Notes under the pieces: model-generated
Database searches by the model: none
What the model saw: only the letters and a program-made list of their open reading frames with translations
What the model was told of the DNA's origin: nothing
In this document: piece by piece, positions 1 to 9,417 of the stretch
Numbering within the stretch: position 1 is the stretch's first letter
How the letters are laid out: each line of letters opens with the position of its first letter
Translations under genes and position numbers: made by a program
Source: Bacillus subtilis subsp. subtilis str. 168
GTDB lineage: Bacteria; Bacillota; Bacilli; Bacillales; Bacillaceae
Direction of reading: 5' to 3'
DNA: 32,000 nucleotides
Assembly (NCBI RefSeq): GCF_000009045.1
Contig: NC_000964.3
Coordinates: forward strand, 1,740,001-1,772,000

Positions 1-1500
1 TTCGGCCATGAAGAGATTAAACGCCTGATTGCATTCCAAGAAGAAATTGTTGCAGCAGTCGGCAAAGAGAAATCTGAAATTAAGCTCTTTGAAATTGATG
101 AAGAGCTTAATGAAAAAGTAAAAGCTTTGGCAGAAGAGGATCTGCTGAAAGCCATCCAAGTTCATGAAAAGCATGCCCGTGAAGATGCCATTAACGAAGT
201 GAAGAACGCAGTTGTGGCAAAATTCGAGGATGAAGAACATGATGAAGACACAATCAAGCAAGTGAAGCAGATTTTATCCAAGCTTGTGAAAAATGAAGTT
301 CGCCGCCTGATTACTGAAGAGAAAGTAAGACCGGACGGCCGCGGTGTCGATCAAATCCGTCCGCTCTCTTCAGAGGTTGGCCTCTTGCCAAGAACGCACG
401 GTTCAGGTCTATTTACAAGGGGACAAACTCAGGCCCTCAGCGTATGTACGCTAGGTGCTCTGGGAGATGTGCAAATCCTTGACGGCTTAGGTGTCGAAGA
501 GTCGAAACGGTTTATGCATCATTACAACTTCCCGCAATTCAGCGTTGGGGAAACAGGACCGATGCGCGGACCGGGACGTCGTGAAATCGGACACGGAGCA
601 CTGGGTGAGCGTGCGCTTGAGCCAGTTATTCCGTCTGAAAAAGACTTCCCTTATACTGTCCGTCTTGTTTCAGAAGTGCTTGAATCAAACGGTTCTACAT
701 CTCAAGCAAGCATTTGCGCAAGCACACTTGCAATGATGGATGCCGGTGTACCGATTAAAGCGCCAGTTGCTGGTATTGCGATGGGTCTTGTCAAATCAGG
801 CGAACATTACACTGTCTTGACTGACATCCAAGGCATGGAAGACGCGCTCGGAGATATGGACTTTAAAGTAGCGGGAACTGAAAAAGGCGTAACGGCCCTG
901 CAAATGGACATTAAAATTGAAGGCCTTTCCAGAGAGATTCTTGAAGAAGCGCTTCAGCAGGCGAAAAAGGGCAGAATGGAAATCCTCAACAGCATGCTTG
1001 CAACATTAAGCGAATCAAGAAAAGAGCTTTCTCGATATGCGCCTAAGATCTTAACAATGACCATTAATCCTGATAAAATCCGCGATGTCATCGGACCAAG
1101 CGGGAAACAAATCAATAAGATCATCGAAGAAACCGGTGTTAAAATTGATATTGAGCAGGACGGCACAATCTTTATTTCCTCTACAGATGAAAGCGGCAAC
1201 CAAAAAGCGAAAAAAATCATCGAAGACCTTGTGAGAGAGGTTGAAGTCGGCCAACTTTACCTAGGTAAAGTGAAACGGATTGAAAAATTCGGGGCTTTCG
1301 TTGAAATTTTCAGCGGAAAAGACGGTTTGGTGCACATTTCAGAGCTTGCGCTTGAACGCGTAGGGAAAGTTGAAGATGTTGTGAAAATCGGAGACGAGAT
1401 TCTTGTCAAAGTCACTGAAATTGATAAACAAGGACGAGTGAATTTATCCCGCAAAGCGGTGCTCCGTGAAGAGAAAGAAAAAGAAGAACAACAATCTTAA
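1..1500 (+). CDS. pnpA: Polyribonucleotide nucleotidyltransferase (PNPase), C-terminal part; 5' end lies outside the window
   Basis: Frame 1 is open from base 1 to TAA at 1500. RNase PH core ([43 protein letters not shown]), KH motif ([20 protein letters not shown]) and S1 domain ([33 protein letters not shown]). Confidence 0.98.
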   Translation, partial: FGHEEIKRLIAFQEEIVAAVGKEKSEIKLFEIDEELNEKVKALAEEDLLKAIQVHEKHAREDAINEVKNAVVAKFEDEEHDEDTIKQVKQILSKLVKNEVRRLITEEKVRPDGRGVDQIRPLSSEVGLLPRTHGSGLFTRGQTQALSVCTLGALGDVQILDGLGVEESKRFMHHYNFPQFSVGETGPMRGPGRREIGHGALGERALEPVIPSEKDFPYTVRLVSEVLESNGSTSQASICASTLAMMDAGVPIKAPVAGIAMGLVKSGEHYTVLTDIQGMEDALGDMDFKVAGTEKGVTALQMDIKIEGLSREILEEALQQAKKGRMEILNSMLATLSESRKELSRYAPKILTMTINPDKIRDVIGPSGKQINKIIEETGVKIDIEQDGTIFISSTDESGNQKAKKIIEDLVREVEVGQLYLGKVKRIEKFGAFVEIFSGKDGLVHISELALERVGKVEDVVKIGDEILVKVTEIDKQGRVNLSRKAVLREEKEKEEQQS

Positions 1501-1514
1501 ATGAAAACATAAAA

Positions 1515-1545
1515 GGAGCCTGGGAGACCCGGCTTCTTTATTTTG
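1515..1545 (+). terminator. Rho-independent terminator after pnpA
   Basis: ggagcctgggagacccggcttctttatttt: GC-rich stem with a bulge, followed by a T-rich tract, just after the pnpA stop. Confidence 0.7.
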
Positions 1546-1617
1546 AAGCTTTTCAAAAGCAGGCGGGTTCTACCTTGTCCTTCTCCTTCATAATGTGAGG
1601 TGAGGGGGGGACAGAAC

Positions 1618-2577
1618 ATGTACAAAAAATTTGTACCGTTTGCCGTTTTTTTATTTCTTTTTTTTGTCTCATTTGAGATGATGGAAAATCCGCATGCACT
1701 TGATTATATAGGGGCAATGAAAAAAGATACGGTGACTGTCACGGCGTCAAAAGACCCGTTATATGAAGAATTGCTTCAAAAAGCGCCGGAGTACGAAGTT
1801 AAGCCCCAGAATGCAAGAATTGATAAAGTGTGGAAAAGCATTCCAGGCTACAATGGATTAAAGGTCAATATTGAACAATCATATAAAAAAATGAAACAGC
1901 ATGGTAAGTTTCGGGAAAAAGATTTGGTGTACAGTCAAGTAAAACCAAGTGTTCATCTTGAGTCACTTCAGCCTGAGCCTATTTATAAAGGAAATCCTGA
2001 CAAACCGATGGTGGCTTTTTTAATCAATGTGGCATGGGGAAATGAGTATTTGGAAAAAATGCTTCCTATTCTGCAAAAGCACCAGGTTAAAGCTACGTTC
2101 TTTTTAGAAGGCAATTGGGTGAGAAACAATGTACAGCTCGCTAAGAAGATTGCAAAAGACGGACATGAAATCGGAAATCATTCATACAATCATCCGGATA
2201 TGAGCAAACTGACTACAGGAAGAATTTCCGAGCAGCTCGACAAGACTAATGAACAAATAGAACAAACGATCGGCGTTAAGCCAAAGTGGTTCGCTCCGCC
2301 AAGCGGAAGTTTCAGAAAAGCGGTTATCGACATTGCAGCAGAGAAACAGATGGGAACAGTCATGTGGACAGTTGATACAATCGATTGGCAAAAGCCGGCT
2401 CCGTCTGTACTTCAGACGAGAGTGTTAAGCAAGATACATAATGGTGCCATGATTTTAATGCATCCGACTGACCCTACGGCGGAAAGTCTTGAAGCGCTGA
2501 TTACACAGATAAAAGACAAAGGATATGCGCTTGGAACAGTCACTGAACTAATGGATGAAACAAGACTATTGAAGTAA
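1618..2577 (+). CDS. ylxY: Polysaccharide deacetylase-family (NodB-like) membrane/secreted protein YlxY
   Basis: N-terminal signal/TM (MYKKFVPFAVFLFLFFVSF) plus NodB-like motifs (ATFFLEGNWVRNN, HEIGNHSYNHPD, WFAPPSGSFR, MWTVDTIDW, GAMILMHP). ATG at 1618 gives 319 aa; the upstream start at 1600 is less likely. Confidence 0.88.
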   Translation: MYKKFVPFAVFLFLFFVSFEMMENPHALDYIGAMKKDTVTVTASKDPLYEELLQKAPEYEVKPQNARIDKVWKSIPGYNGLKVNIEQSYKKMKQHGKFREKDLVYSQVKPSVHLESLQPEPIYKGNPDKPMVAFLINVAWGNEYLEKMLPILQKHQVKATFFLEGNWVRNNVQLAKKIAKDGHEIGNHSYNHPDMSKLTTGRISEQLDKTNEQIEQTIGVKPKWFAPPSGSFRKAVIDIAAEKQMGTVMWTVDTIDWQKPAPSVLQTRVLSKIHNGAMILMHPTDPTAESLEALITQIKDKGYALGTVTELMDETRLLK

Positions 2578-2616
2578 CAGATGAAGGCAGCTTGTCTTTG
2601 AATAGGAGGAACAAAT

Positions 2617-3846
2617 TTGATTAAACGATATACGTGTCAAAATGGTGTAAGAATTGTGCTGGAAAATAACCCGACAGTCCGTTCTGTTGCGATCGGCGTA
2701 TGGATCGGCACAGGTTCGAGACATGAAACGCCGGAGATAAACGGAATTTCTCACTTTTTAGAGCACATGTTCTTTAAAGGGACGAGCACAAAATCTGCAC
2801 GCGAGATAGCAGAATCTTTTGATCGTATTGGCGGCCAGGTCAATGCGTTTACTTCAAAGGAATATACCTGCTACTATGCAAAGGTGCTTGACGAGCATGC
2901 GAATTACGCGCTGGACGTATTAGCAGATATGTTCTTTCATTCAACGTTTGATGAAAACGAGCTGAAAAAAGAGAAAAATGTAGTATATGAAGAAATTAAA
3001 ATGTATGAAGATGCGCCGGACGACATTGTACATGATTTATTGAGCAAAGCCACTTACGGCAATCATTCTTTAGGCTACCCAATTTTAGGAACGGAAGAAA
3101 CGCTTGCTTCCTTTAACGGTGACTCTCTCAGACAATACATGCATGATTATTATACGCCGGACCGAGTGGTGATTTCGGTAGCGGGCAATATATCTGACAG
3201 TTTTATCAAAGATGTAGAAAAATGGTTCGGGTCATACGAGGCGAAAGGCAAAGCGACAGGCCTTGAGAAGCCTGAGTTCCACACGGAAAAACTGACGAGA
3301 AAAAAAGAAACAGAGCAGGCTCATTTGTGCCTTGGATTTAAAGGCTTAGAGGTTGGCCATGAACGTATTTATGATTTAATCGTCCTCAACAATGTGCTCG
3401 GAGGCAGCATGAGCAGCCGGCTGTTCCAAGATGTGCGTGAAGATAAAGGACTTGCTTATTCTGTTTACAGCTATCACAGCTCATATGAGGACAGCGGAAT
3501 GCTAACGATTTACGGCGGAACGGGTGCAAATCAGCTTCAGCAGCTGTCGGAAACAATTCAAGAAACCCTGGCCACATTAAAACGTGACGGCATTACCTCG
3601 AAAGAACTGGAAAACAGCAAAGAGCAAATGAAGGGAAGCTTAATGCTGAGCTTAGAAAGCACAAACAGCAAAATGAGCCGAAACGGAAAAAATGAACTGC
3701 TGCTCGGCAAACATAAAACATTAGATGAAATTATCAATGAATTAAACGCCGTGAACTTAGAGCGTGTTAATGGCCTTGCCAGACAATTGTTTACCGAAGA
3801 CTATGCATTAGCACTTATCAGCCCTTCCGGCAATATGCCGTCTTAA
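2617..3846 (+). CDS. mlpA: M16-family zinc protease MlpA (processing-protease-like)
   Basis: TTG start with upstream RBS (aataggagg). HFLEH zinc motif in GISHFLEHMFFKG and downstream E in KNVVYEEIKMYED; 409 aa. Confidence 0.92.
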   Translation: MIKRYTCQNGVRIVLENNPTVRSVAIGVWIGTGSRHETPEINGISHFLEHMFFKGTSTKSAREIAESFDRIGGQVNAFTSKEYTCYYAKVLDEHANYALDVLADMFFHSTFDENELKKEKNVVYEEIKMYEDAPDDIVHDLLSKATYGNHSLGYPILGTEETLASFNGDSLRQYMHDYYTPDRVVISVAGNISDSFIKDVEKWFGSYEAKGKATGLEKPEFHTEKLTRKKETEQAHLCLGFKGLEVGHERIYDLIVLNNVLGGSMSSRLFQDVREDKGLAYSVYSYHSSYEDSGMLTIYGGTGANQLQQLSETIQETLATLKRDGITSKELENSKEQMKGSLMLSLESTNSKMSRNGKNELLLGKHKTLDEIINELNAVNLERVNGLARQLFTEDYALALISPSGNMPS

Positions 3847-3853
3847 AAAGGAA

Positions 3854-3885
3854 AGCCTGCCCCATAATGGAGCAGGCATTTTTTA
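3854..3885 (+). terminator. Terminator after mlpA
   Basis: gcctgccccataatggagcaggcattttttaa: GCCTGC/GCAGGC stem plus T-run. Confidence 0.85.
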
Positions 3886-3923
3886 ATCCCTTTCATCATA
3901 CATAGTACAAGGGGGTGACAGAC

Positions 3924-4181
3924 ATGCGGCTCAGTGAATTATCGGGAAAGGAAATTGTAGACATCAAAAGAGCTGAACGGCTCGGAGTGCTCGGCCAGAC
4001 CGATTTGGAAATCAATGAACAGGATGGACAGATTACAGCACTCCTCATTCCCACAGTTAAGTGGTTTGGTTTGAGAAAGCAAGGTCATGACATTCGTGTC
4101 CCATGGCACCATATTCAAAAGATCGGTTCAGATATGATTATATTAGATGTACCTGAGGAAATGCCTCCTCGACAAGAGTAA
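3924..4181 (+). CDS. ymxH: YlmC/YmxH family small protein (PRC-barrel-like), sporulation-associated family
   Basis: MRLSELSGKEIVDIKRAERLGVLGQTDLEINEQDGQITALLIP. ATG 3924 gives 85 aa; the 3915 GTG start is an alternative. Confidence 0.85.
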   Translation: MRLSELSGKEIVDIKRAERLGVLGQTDLEINEQDGQITALLIPTVKWFGLRKQGHDIRVPWHHIQKIGSDMIILDVPEEMPPRQE

Positions 4182-4225
4182 ATAGCCCAATTGACTGTGA
4201 AGCGGGCTCTAAAGAAAACATCTGA

Positions 4226-4256
4226 AACATCGGCTGCCGGAGCCGATGTTTTTTTA
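4226..4256 (+). terminator. Terminator after ymxH
   Basis: aacatcggctgccggagccgatgttttttta: perfect stem plus T-run. Confidence 0.9.
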
Positions 4257-4283
4257 TATGGAAAAAGCGCATCTTTTATATTC

Positions 4284-4311
4284 ACCGGTATTTCCTTTTG
4301 ATCATAAGATG
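4284..4311 (+). promoter_or_regulatory. Candidate sigma-K (mother-cell) promoter of the spoVF operon
   Basis: ACC at 4284, 16-nt spacer, CATAAGATG at 4303; compare SigK consensus AC-N16/17-CATAnnnTA. It lies between the ymxH terminator and spoVFA. Confidence 0.5.
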
Positions 4312-4366
4312 AAGGGGAGCTTAACAACTAGAGATCCAGTATATACAAAGAAGGTGAACGTTTAGA

Positions 4367-5260
4367 ATGTTAACCGGATTGAAAATTGCAGTTATCGGCG
4401 GTGACGCAAGACAGCTCGAAATTATAAGAAAGCTCACTGAACAGCAGGCTGACATCTATCTTGTCGGTTTTGACCAATTGGATCACGGTTTTACCGGGGC
4501 AGTAAAATGCAATATTGATGAAATTCCTTTTCAGCAAATAGACAGCATCATTCTTCCAGTATCCGCGACAACAGGAGAAGGTGTCGTATCGACTGTATTT
4601 TCGAATGAAGAAGTTGTGTTAAAACAGGACCATCTTGACAGAACGCCTGCACATTGTGTCATTTTCTCAGGAATTTCTAACGCCTATTTAGAAAACATTG
4701 CAGCTCAGGCAAAAAGAAAACTTGTTAAGCTGTTTGAGCGGGATGACATTGCGATATACAACTCTATTCCGACAGTAGAAGGAACGATCATGCTGGCTAT
4801 TCAGCACACGGATTATACGATACACGGATCACAGGTGGCCGTTCTCGGTCTGGGGCGCACCGGGATGACGATTGCCCGTACATTTGCCGCGCTCGGGGCG
4901 AATGTAAAAGTGGGGGCAAGAAGTTCAGCGCATCTGGCACGTATCACTGAAATGGGGCTCGTTCCTTTTCATACCGATGAGCTGAAAGAGCATGTAAAAG
5001 ATATAGATATTTGCATTAATACCATACCGAGTATGATTTTAAATCAAACGGTACTTTCTAGCATGACACCAAAAACCTTAATATTGGATCTGGCCTCACG
5101 TCCCGGGGGAACGGATTTTAAATATGCCGAGAAACAAGGGATTAAAGCACTTCTTGCTCCCGGGCTTCCAGGGATTGTCGCTCCTAAAACAGCTGGGCAA
5201 ATCCTTGCAAACGTCTTGAGCAAGCTTTTGGCTGAAATACAAGCTGAGGAGGGGAAATAA
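4367..5260 (+). CDS. spoVFA: Dipicolinate synthase subunit A
   Basis: MLTGLKIAVIGGDARQLEIIRKL; nucleotide-binding motif GLGRTGMTIARTFAALGANVKVGAR; 297 aa. Also called dpaA. Confidence 0.95.
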   Translation: MLTGLKIAVIGGDARQLEIIRKLTEQQADIYLVGFDQLDHGFTGAVKCNIDEIPFQQIDSIILPVSATTGEGVVSTVFSNEEVVLKQDHLDRTPAHCVIFSGISNAYLENIAAQAKRKLVKLFERDDIAIYNSIPTVEGTIMLAIQHTDYTIHGSQVAVLGLGRTGMTIARTFAALGANVKVGARSSAHLARITEMGLVPFHTDELKEHVKDIDICINTIPSMILNQTVLSSMTPKTLILDLASRPGGTDFKYAEKQGIKALLAPGLPGIVAPKTAGQILANVLSKLLAEIQAEEGK

Positions 5261-5262
5261 GG

Positions 5263-5865
5263 ATGTCGTCATTAAAAGGAAAAAGAATCGGGTTTGGGCT
5301 GACCGGGTCGCATTGCACATATGAAGCGGTTTTCCCGCAAATTGAGGAGTTGGTCAACGAAGGAGCTGAAGTCCGTCCGGTTGTCACATTTAATGTAAAA
5401 TCTACAAATACCCGATTTGGAGAGGGCGCAGAATGGGTTAAAAAAATTGAAGACCTGACTGGATATGAGGCCATTGATTCGATTGTAAAGGCAGAACCTC
5501 TTGGGCCGAAGCTGCCCCTTGACTGCATGGTCATTGCGCCTTTAACAGGCAATTCAATGAGCAAGCTGGCAAATGCCATGACGGACAGCCCGGTGCTGAT
5601 GGCGGCAAAAGCGACAATCCGGAACAATCGGCCTGTCGTTCTGGGTATCTCGACAAATGATGCTCTTGGTTTAAACGGAACAAATTTAATGAGGCTCATG
5701 TCAACAAAAAATATCTTTTTTATTCCATTCGGGCAAGATGATCCATTTAAAAAACCGAATTCAATGGTAGCCAAAATGGATCTGCTTCCGCAAACGATTG
5801 AAAAGGCACTCATGCACCAGCAGCTTCAGCCGATTCTAGTTGAGAATTATCAGGGAAATGACTAA
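5263..5865 (+). CDS. spoVFB: Dipicolinate synthase subunit B (flavoprotein-like)
   Basis: MSSLKGKRIGFGLTGSHCTYEAVFPQIEELVNEGAEVRPVVTFNV; starts 3 nt after the spoVFA stop; 200 aa. Also called dpaB. Confidence 0.95.
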   Translation: MSSLKGKRIGFGLTGSHCTYEAVFPQIEELVNEGAEVRPVVTFNVKSTNTRFGEGAEWVKKIEDLTGYEAIDSIVKAEPLGPKLPLDCMVIAPLTGNSMSKLANAMTDSPVLMAAKATIRNNRPVVLGISTNDALGLNGTNLMRLMSTKNIFFIPFGQDDPFKKPNSMVAKMDLLPQTIEKALMHQQLQPILVENYQGND

Positions 5866-5990
5866 ATTTACAGAAAATCTTTCCCAAACTAAAAAATTCG
5901 GTCATCACCCGCATATTCTATGGTAAAATAAAACGTAAAATCATAGTCAAATCAATTCAATGAAGCTGATTGGCGGAAGGAGTTTTACAG

Positions 5991-7031
5991 ATGGGAAGAG
6001 GTTTACACGTAGCTGTTGTCGGAGCGACAGGGGCTGTGGGACAACAAATGCTTAAAACACTTGAAGACAGAAACTTTGAAATGGACACACTTACATTGCT
6101 ATCTTCAAAACGCTCTGCGGGGACAAAAGTCACGTTTAAAGGCCAAGAGCTGACTGTTCAGGAAGCTTCTCCTGAGAGCTTTGAAGGGGTAAATATTGCT
6201 TTGTTCAGCGCCGGCGGAAGCGTATCACAAGCATTGGCACCAGAAGCTGTAAAACGCGGCGCTATTGTTATAGATAATACGAGTGCGTTCCGCATGGATG
6301 AAAATACACCGCTTGTTGTGCCAGAAGTGAATGAGGCAGACTTGCATGAACACAACGGCATTATTGCCAATCCAAACTGCTCTACAATCCAAATGGTTGC
6401 GGCACTTGAACCGATCCGCAAAGCATATGGCTTAAACAAGGTCATCGTATCAACTTACCAGGCAGTATCAGGAGCGGGTAATGAAGCTGTAAAAGAGCTT
6501 TACAGCCAAACACAGGCGATTTTAAATAAAGAAGAAATAGAGCCTGAGATCATGCCTGTAAAAGGTGACAAAAAACACTATCAAATCGCCTTCAACGCGA
6601 TTCCGCAAATCGATAAATTCCAAGATAACGGCTATACGTTTGAGGAAATGAAAATGATAAATGAAACGAAAAAAATCATGCACATGCCTGACCTTCAAGT
6701 AGCGGCTACATGTGTGAGACTGCCAATCCAAACTGGGCACTCAGAGTCCGTCTACATCGAAATAGACCGTGATGACGCTACAGTTGAAGATATTAAAAAT
6801 CTATTGAAAGAAGCTCCGGGCGTGACACTTCAGGATGATCCAAGCCAGCAGCTTTATCCGATGCCTGCTGATGCTGTCGGCAAAAACGATGTGTTTGTAG
6901 GCCGCATCCGCAAAGACTTGGACAGAGCAAACGGTTTTCATTTATGGGTTGTTTCTGATAACCTATTAAAAGGCGCGGCATGGAACTCTGTTCAAATTGC
7001 AGAAAGCCTGAAAAAACTAAACCTCGTATAA
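5991..7031 (+). CDS. asd: Aspartate-semialdehyde dehydrogenase
   Basis: [27 protein letters not shown]; catalytic Cys motif [10 protein letters not shown]. Start at 5991 (346 aa) preferred over 5970. Confidence 0.95.
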   Translation: MGRGLHVAVVGATGAVGQQMLKTLEDRNFEMDTLTLLSSKRSAGTKVTFKGQELTVQEASPESFEGVNIALFSAGGSVSQALAPEAVKRGAIVIDNTSAFRMDENTPLVVPEVNEADLHEHNGIIANPNCSTIQMVAALEPIRKAYGLNKVIVSTYQAVSGAGNEAVKELYSQTQAILNKEEIEPEIMPVKGDKKHYQIAFNAIPQIDKFQDNGYTFEEMKMINETKKIMHMPDLQVAATCVRLPIQTGHSESVYIEIDRDDATVEDIKNLLKEAPGVTLQDDPSQQLYPMPADAVGKNDVFVGRIRKDLDRANGFHLWVVSDNLLKGAAWNSVQIAESLKKLNLV

Positions 7032-7056
7032 AAGAGAGAATTTTCTAAAGACGAAT

Positions 7057-7092
7057 AGAAGAGAGTAAGGCGCTATCAGCCTGCTCTCTTCT
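7057..7092 (+). repeat. Inverted repeat / stem-loop between asd and dapG
   Basis: AGAAGAGAG (7057-7065) ... CTCTCTTCT (7084-7092), with inner ggc/gcc pairing. No downstream T-run. Confidence 0.75.
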
Positions 7093-7122
7093 GTTACGTC
7101 CGAATAATTTGGAGTGAAAACA

Positions 7123-8337
7123 GTGAAGATAATTGTTCAAAAGTTCGGCGGAACATCAGTAAAAGATGATAAAGGCCGCAAACTGGCTTTAGGGCATATT
7201 AAAGAAGCAATCAGTGAAGGATATAAGGTTGTCGTTGTCGTTTCAGCGATGGGCCGAAAAGGGGACCCGTATGCAACAGATTCTTTGCTCGGGCTGCTTT
7301 ACGGCGATCAGTCAGCGATTTCTCCTAGGGAGCAGGATTTGCTTTTATCTTGCGGAGAGACTATTTCCTCTGTCGTCTTTACAAGCATGCTGCTTGATAA
7401 CGGTGTGAAAGCAGCTGCGCTGACAGGGGCTCAGGCTGGCTTTTTAACGAATGATCAGCATACTAATGCGAAAATCATTGAAATGAAACCGGAGCGTTTA
7501 TTCAGTGTGCTCGCCAATCATGATGCGGTAGTCGTCGCAGGCTTCCAGGGCGCAACTGAAAAGGGTGATACAACAACAATCGGCAGAGGGGGCAGCGATA
7601 CGTCTGCAGCCGCACTCGGAGCAGCTGTTGATGCGGAATACATCGATATTTTCACCGATGTAGAAGGCGTGATGACTGCTGACCCAAGAGTGGTAGAAAA
7701 TGCAAAACCGCTTCCTGTTGTGACGTATACGGAAATCTGCAACCTGGCGTATCAGGGGGCCAAGGTCATTTCTCCGCGTGCTGTGGAAATCGCAATGCAG
7801 GCCAAGGTTCCGATCCGCGTCCGTTCGACTTATTCGAATGATAAAGGCACATTGGTGACATCACATCACTCTTCCAAGGTCGGCAGTGATGTTTTTGAAA
7901 GGCTGATTACGGGAATCGCCCATGTCAAAGATGTCACGCAGTTCAAAGTGCCTGCGAAAATCGGCCAGTATAACGTTCAGACTGAAGTGTTCAAGGCTAT
8001 GGCAAACGCTGGAATCAGTGTCGATTTCTTTAACATTACACCTAGTGAAATCGTCTATACGGTAGCCGGAAATAAAACAGAAACAGCTCAGCGTATTTTA
8101 ATGGATATGGGCTATGATCCAATGGTGACGAGAAACTGCGCGAAGGTATCGGCGGTCGGCGCGGGCATTATGGGTGTTCCCGGTGTTACGTCCAAAATTG
8201 TATCGGCTCTTTCAGAAAAAGAAATTCCGATCCTTCAGTCGGCTGACAGCCATACGACGATATGGGTGCTCGTCCATGAAGCGGATATGGTTCCTGCTGT
8301 AAACGCTTTGCATGAAGTGTTTGAACTTTCGAAGTAA
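7123..8337 (+). CDS. dapG: Aspartokinase I (DAP-sensitive type)
   Basis: KIIVQKFGGTSVKDDKGRKLALGHI, GRGGSDTSAAALGAAVDAEYIDIFTDVEGVMTADPR, two C-terminal ACT-like domains. GTG start 7123 (404 aa) preferred over 7114. Confidence 0.95.
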   Translation: MKIIVQKFGGTSVKDDKGRKLALGHIKEAISEGYKVVVVVSAMGRKGDPYATDSLLGLLYGDQSAISPREQDLLLSCGETISSVVFTSMLLDNGVKAAALTGAQAGFLTNDQHTNAKIIEMKPERLFSVLANHDAVVVAGFQGATEKGDTTTIGRGGSDTSAAALGAAVDAEYIDIFTDVEGVMTADPRVVENAKPLPVVTYTEICNLAYQGAKVISPRAVEIAMQAKVPIRVRSTYSNDKGTLVTSHHSSKVGSDVFERLITGIAHVKDVTQFKVPAKIGQYNVQTEVFKAMANAGISVDFFNITPSEIVYTVAGNKTETAQRILMDMGYDPMVTRNCAKVSAVGAGIMGVPGVTSKIVSALSEKEIPILQSADSHTTIWVLVHEADMVPAVNALHEVFELSK

Positions 8338-8367
8338 ATGTGATTGAATCATGATGAGGTGAATAAA

Positions 8368-9240
8368 ATGAATTTCGGAAATGTGTCTACAGCGATGATT
8401 ACACCCTTTGACAATAAAGGGAACGTAGACTTTCAAAAACTGTCTACACTGATTGATTACTTGTTGAAAAACGGAACGGATTCTTTAGTAGTAGCGGGAA
8501 CAACTGGAGAATCTCCGACCCTTTCAACTGAAGAAAAAATTGCGCTTTTTGAATATACGGTAAAAGAAGTAAACGGACGGGTGCCCGTTATCGCTGGTAC
8601 TGGGAGCAACAACACGAAAGATTCCATTAAGCTGACAAAAAAAGCTGAGGAAGCGGGCGTGGACGCTGTTATGCTTGTTACCCCGTATTACAATAAACCT
8701 TCTCAAGAAGGAATGTACCAGCATTTTAAAGCAATTGCGGCAGAGACATCTCTTCCGGTTATGCTCTATAATGTTCCTGGCCGTACGGTTGCTTCTCTTG
8801 CTCCTGAAACGACGATCCGTTTGGCGGCAGACATTCCGAATGTGGTTGCGATTAAAGAAGCGAGCGGAGACCTCGAAGCGATTACAAAAATTATTGCTGA
8901 AACACCTGAAGACTTCTATGTCTATTCAGGGGATGATGCTCTAACGCTTCCAATTCTTTCAGTTGGAGGTAGAGGAGTTGTGTCAGTGGCGAGCCATATT
9001 GCAGGCACTGATATGCAGCAAATGATCAAAAATTATACGAATGGGCAAACAGCTAATGCGGCACTGATTCATCAGAAACTGCTGCCGATTATGAAGGAAC
9101 TGTTTAAAGCGCCTAATCCTGCTCCAGTCAAAACAGCGCTTCAGCTGAGAGGTCTTGATGTCGGTTCTGTGCGTCTGCCTCTAGTCCCATTAACTGAGGA
9201 TGAACGTCTGAGCTTAAGCAGCACGATCAGCGAACTGTAA
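8368..9240 (+). CDS. dapA: 4-hydroxy-tetrahydrodipicolinate synthase
   Basis: MNFGNVSTAMITPFDNKGNVDF, GTTGESPTLS, LMLVTPYYNKPSQEGMYQHF, IKEASGD. ATG 8368 preceded by RBS gatgaggtg; 290 aa. Confidence 0.96.
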   Translation: MNFGNVSTAMITPFDNKGNVDFQKLSTLIDYLLKNGTDSLVVAGTTGESPTLSTEEKIALFEYTVKEVNGRVPVIAGTGSNNTKDSIKLTKKAEEAGVDAVMLVTPYYNKPSQEGMYQHFKAIAAETSLPVMLYNVPGRTVASLAPETTIRLAADIPNVVAIKEASGDLEAITKIIAETPEDFYVYSGDDALTLPILSVGGRGVVSVASHIAGTDMQQMIKNYTNGQTANAALIHQKLLPIMKELFKAPNPAPVKTALQLRGLDVGSVRLPLVPLTEDERLSLSSTISEL

Positions 9241-9261
9241 GAAAATTTCATACAGTGAAAC

Positions 9262-9306
9262 AAACGCGGTCATTCTCACATTCAGCTGAGTTTGACCGTT
9301 TCTTTT
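9262..9306 (+). terminator. Terminator at the end of the spoVF-asd-dapG-dapA cluster
   Basis: aaacgcggtca ... tgaccgtttctttt: stem with small bulge plus T-rich tail. Confidence 0.65.
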
Positions 9307-9340
9307 ACATATTGGTTTTCCCTAAACCTTCTGCTTTATC

Positions 9341-9370
9341 TTGTTTTCTAAATTTACTTTCAGTTATAAT
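9341..9370 (+). promoter_or_regulatory. Candidate sigma-A promoter of rnjB
   Basis: TTGTTT (9341-9346), 18-nt spacer, TATAAT (9365-9370), about 50 nt before the TTG start. Confidence 0.6.
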
Positions 9371-9417
9371 AGGAACAAGTGATGATGGACGGGTATGAGA
9401 CTAGGAGGATATAGATT

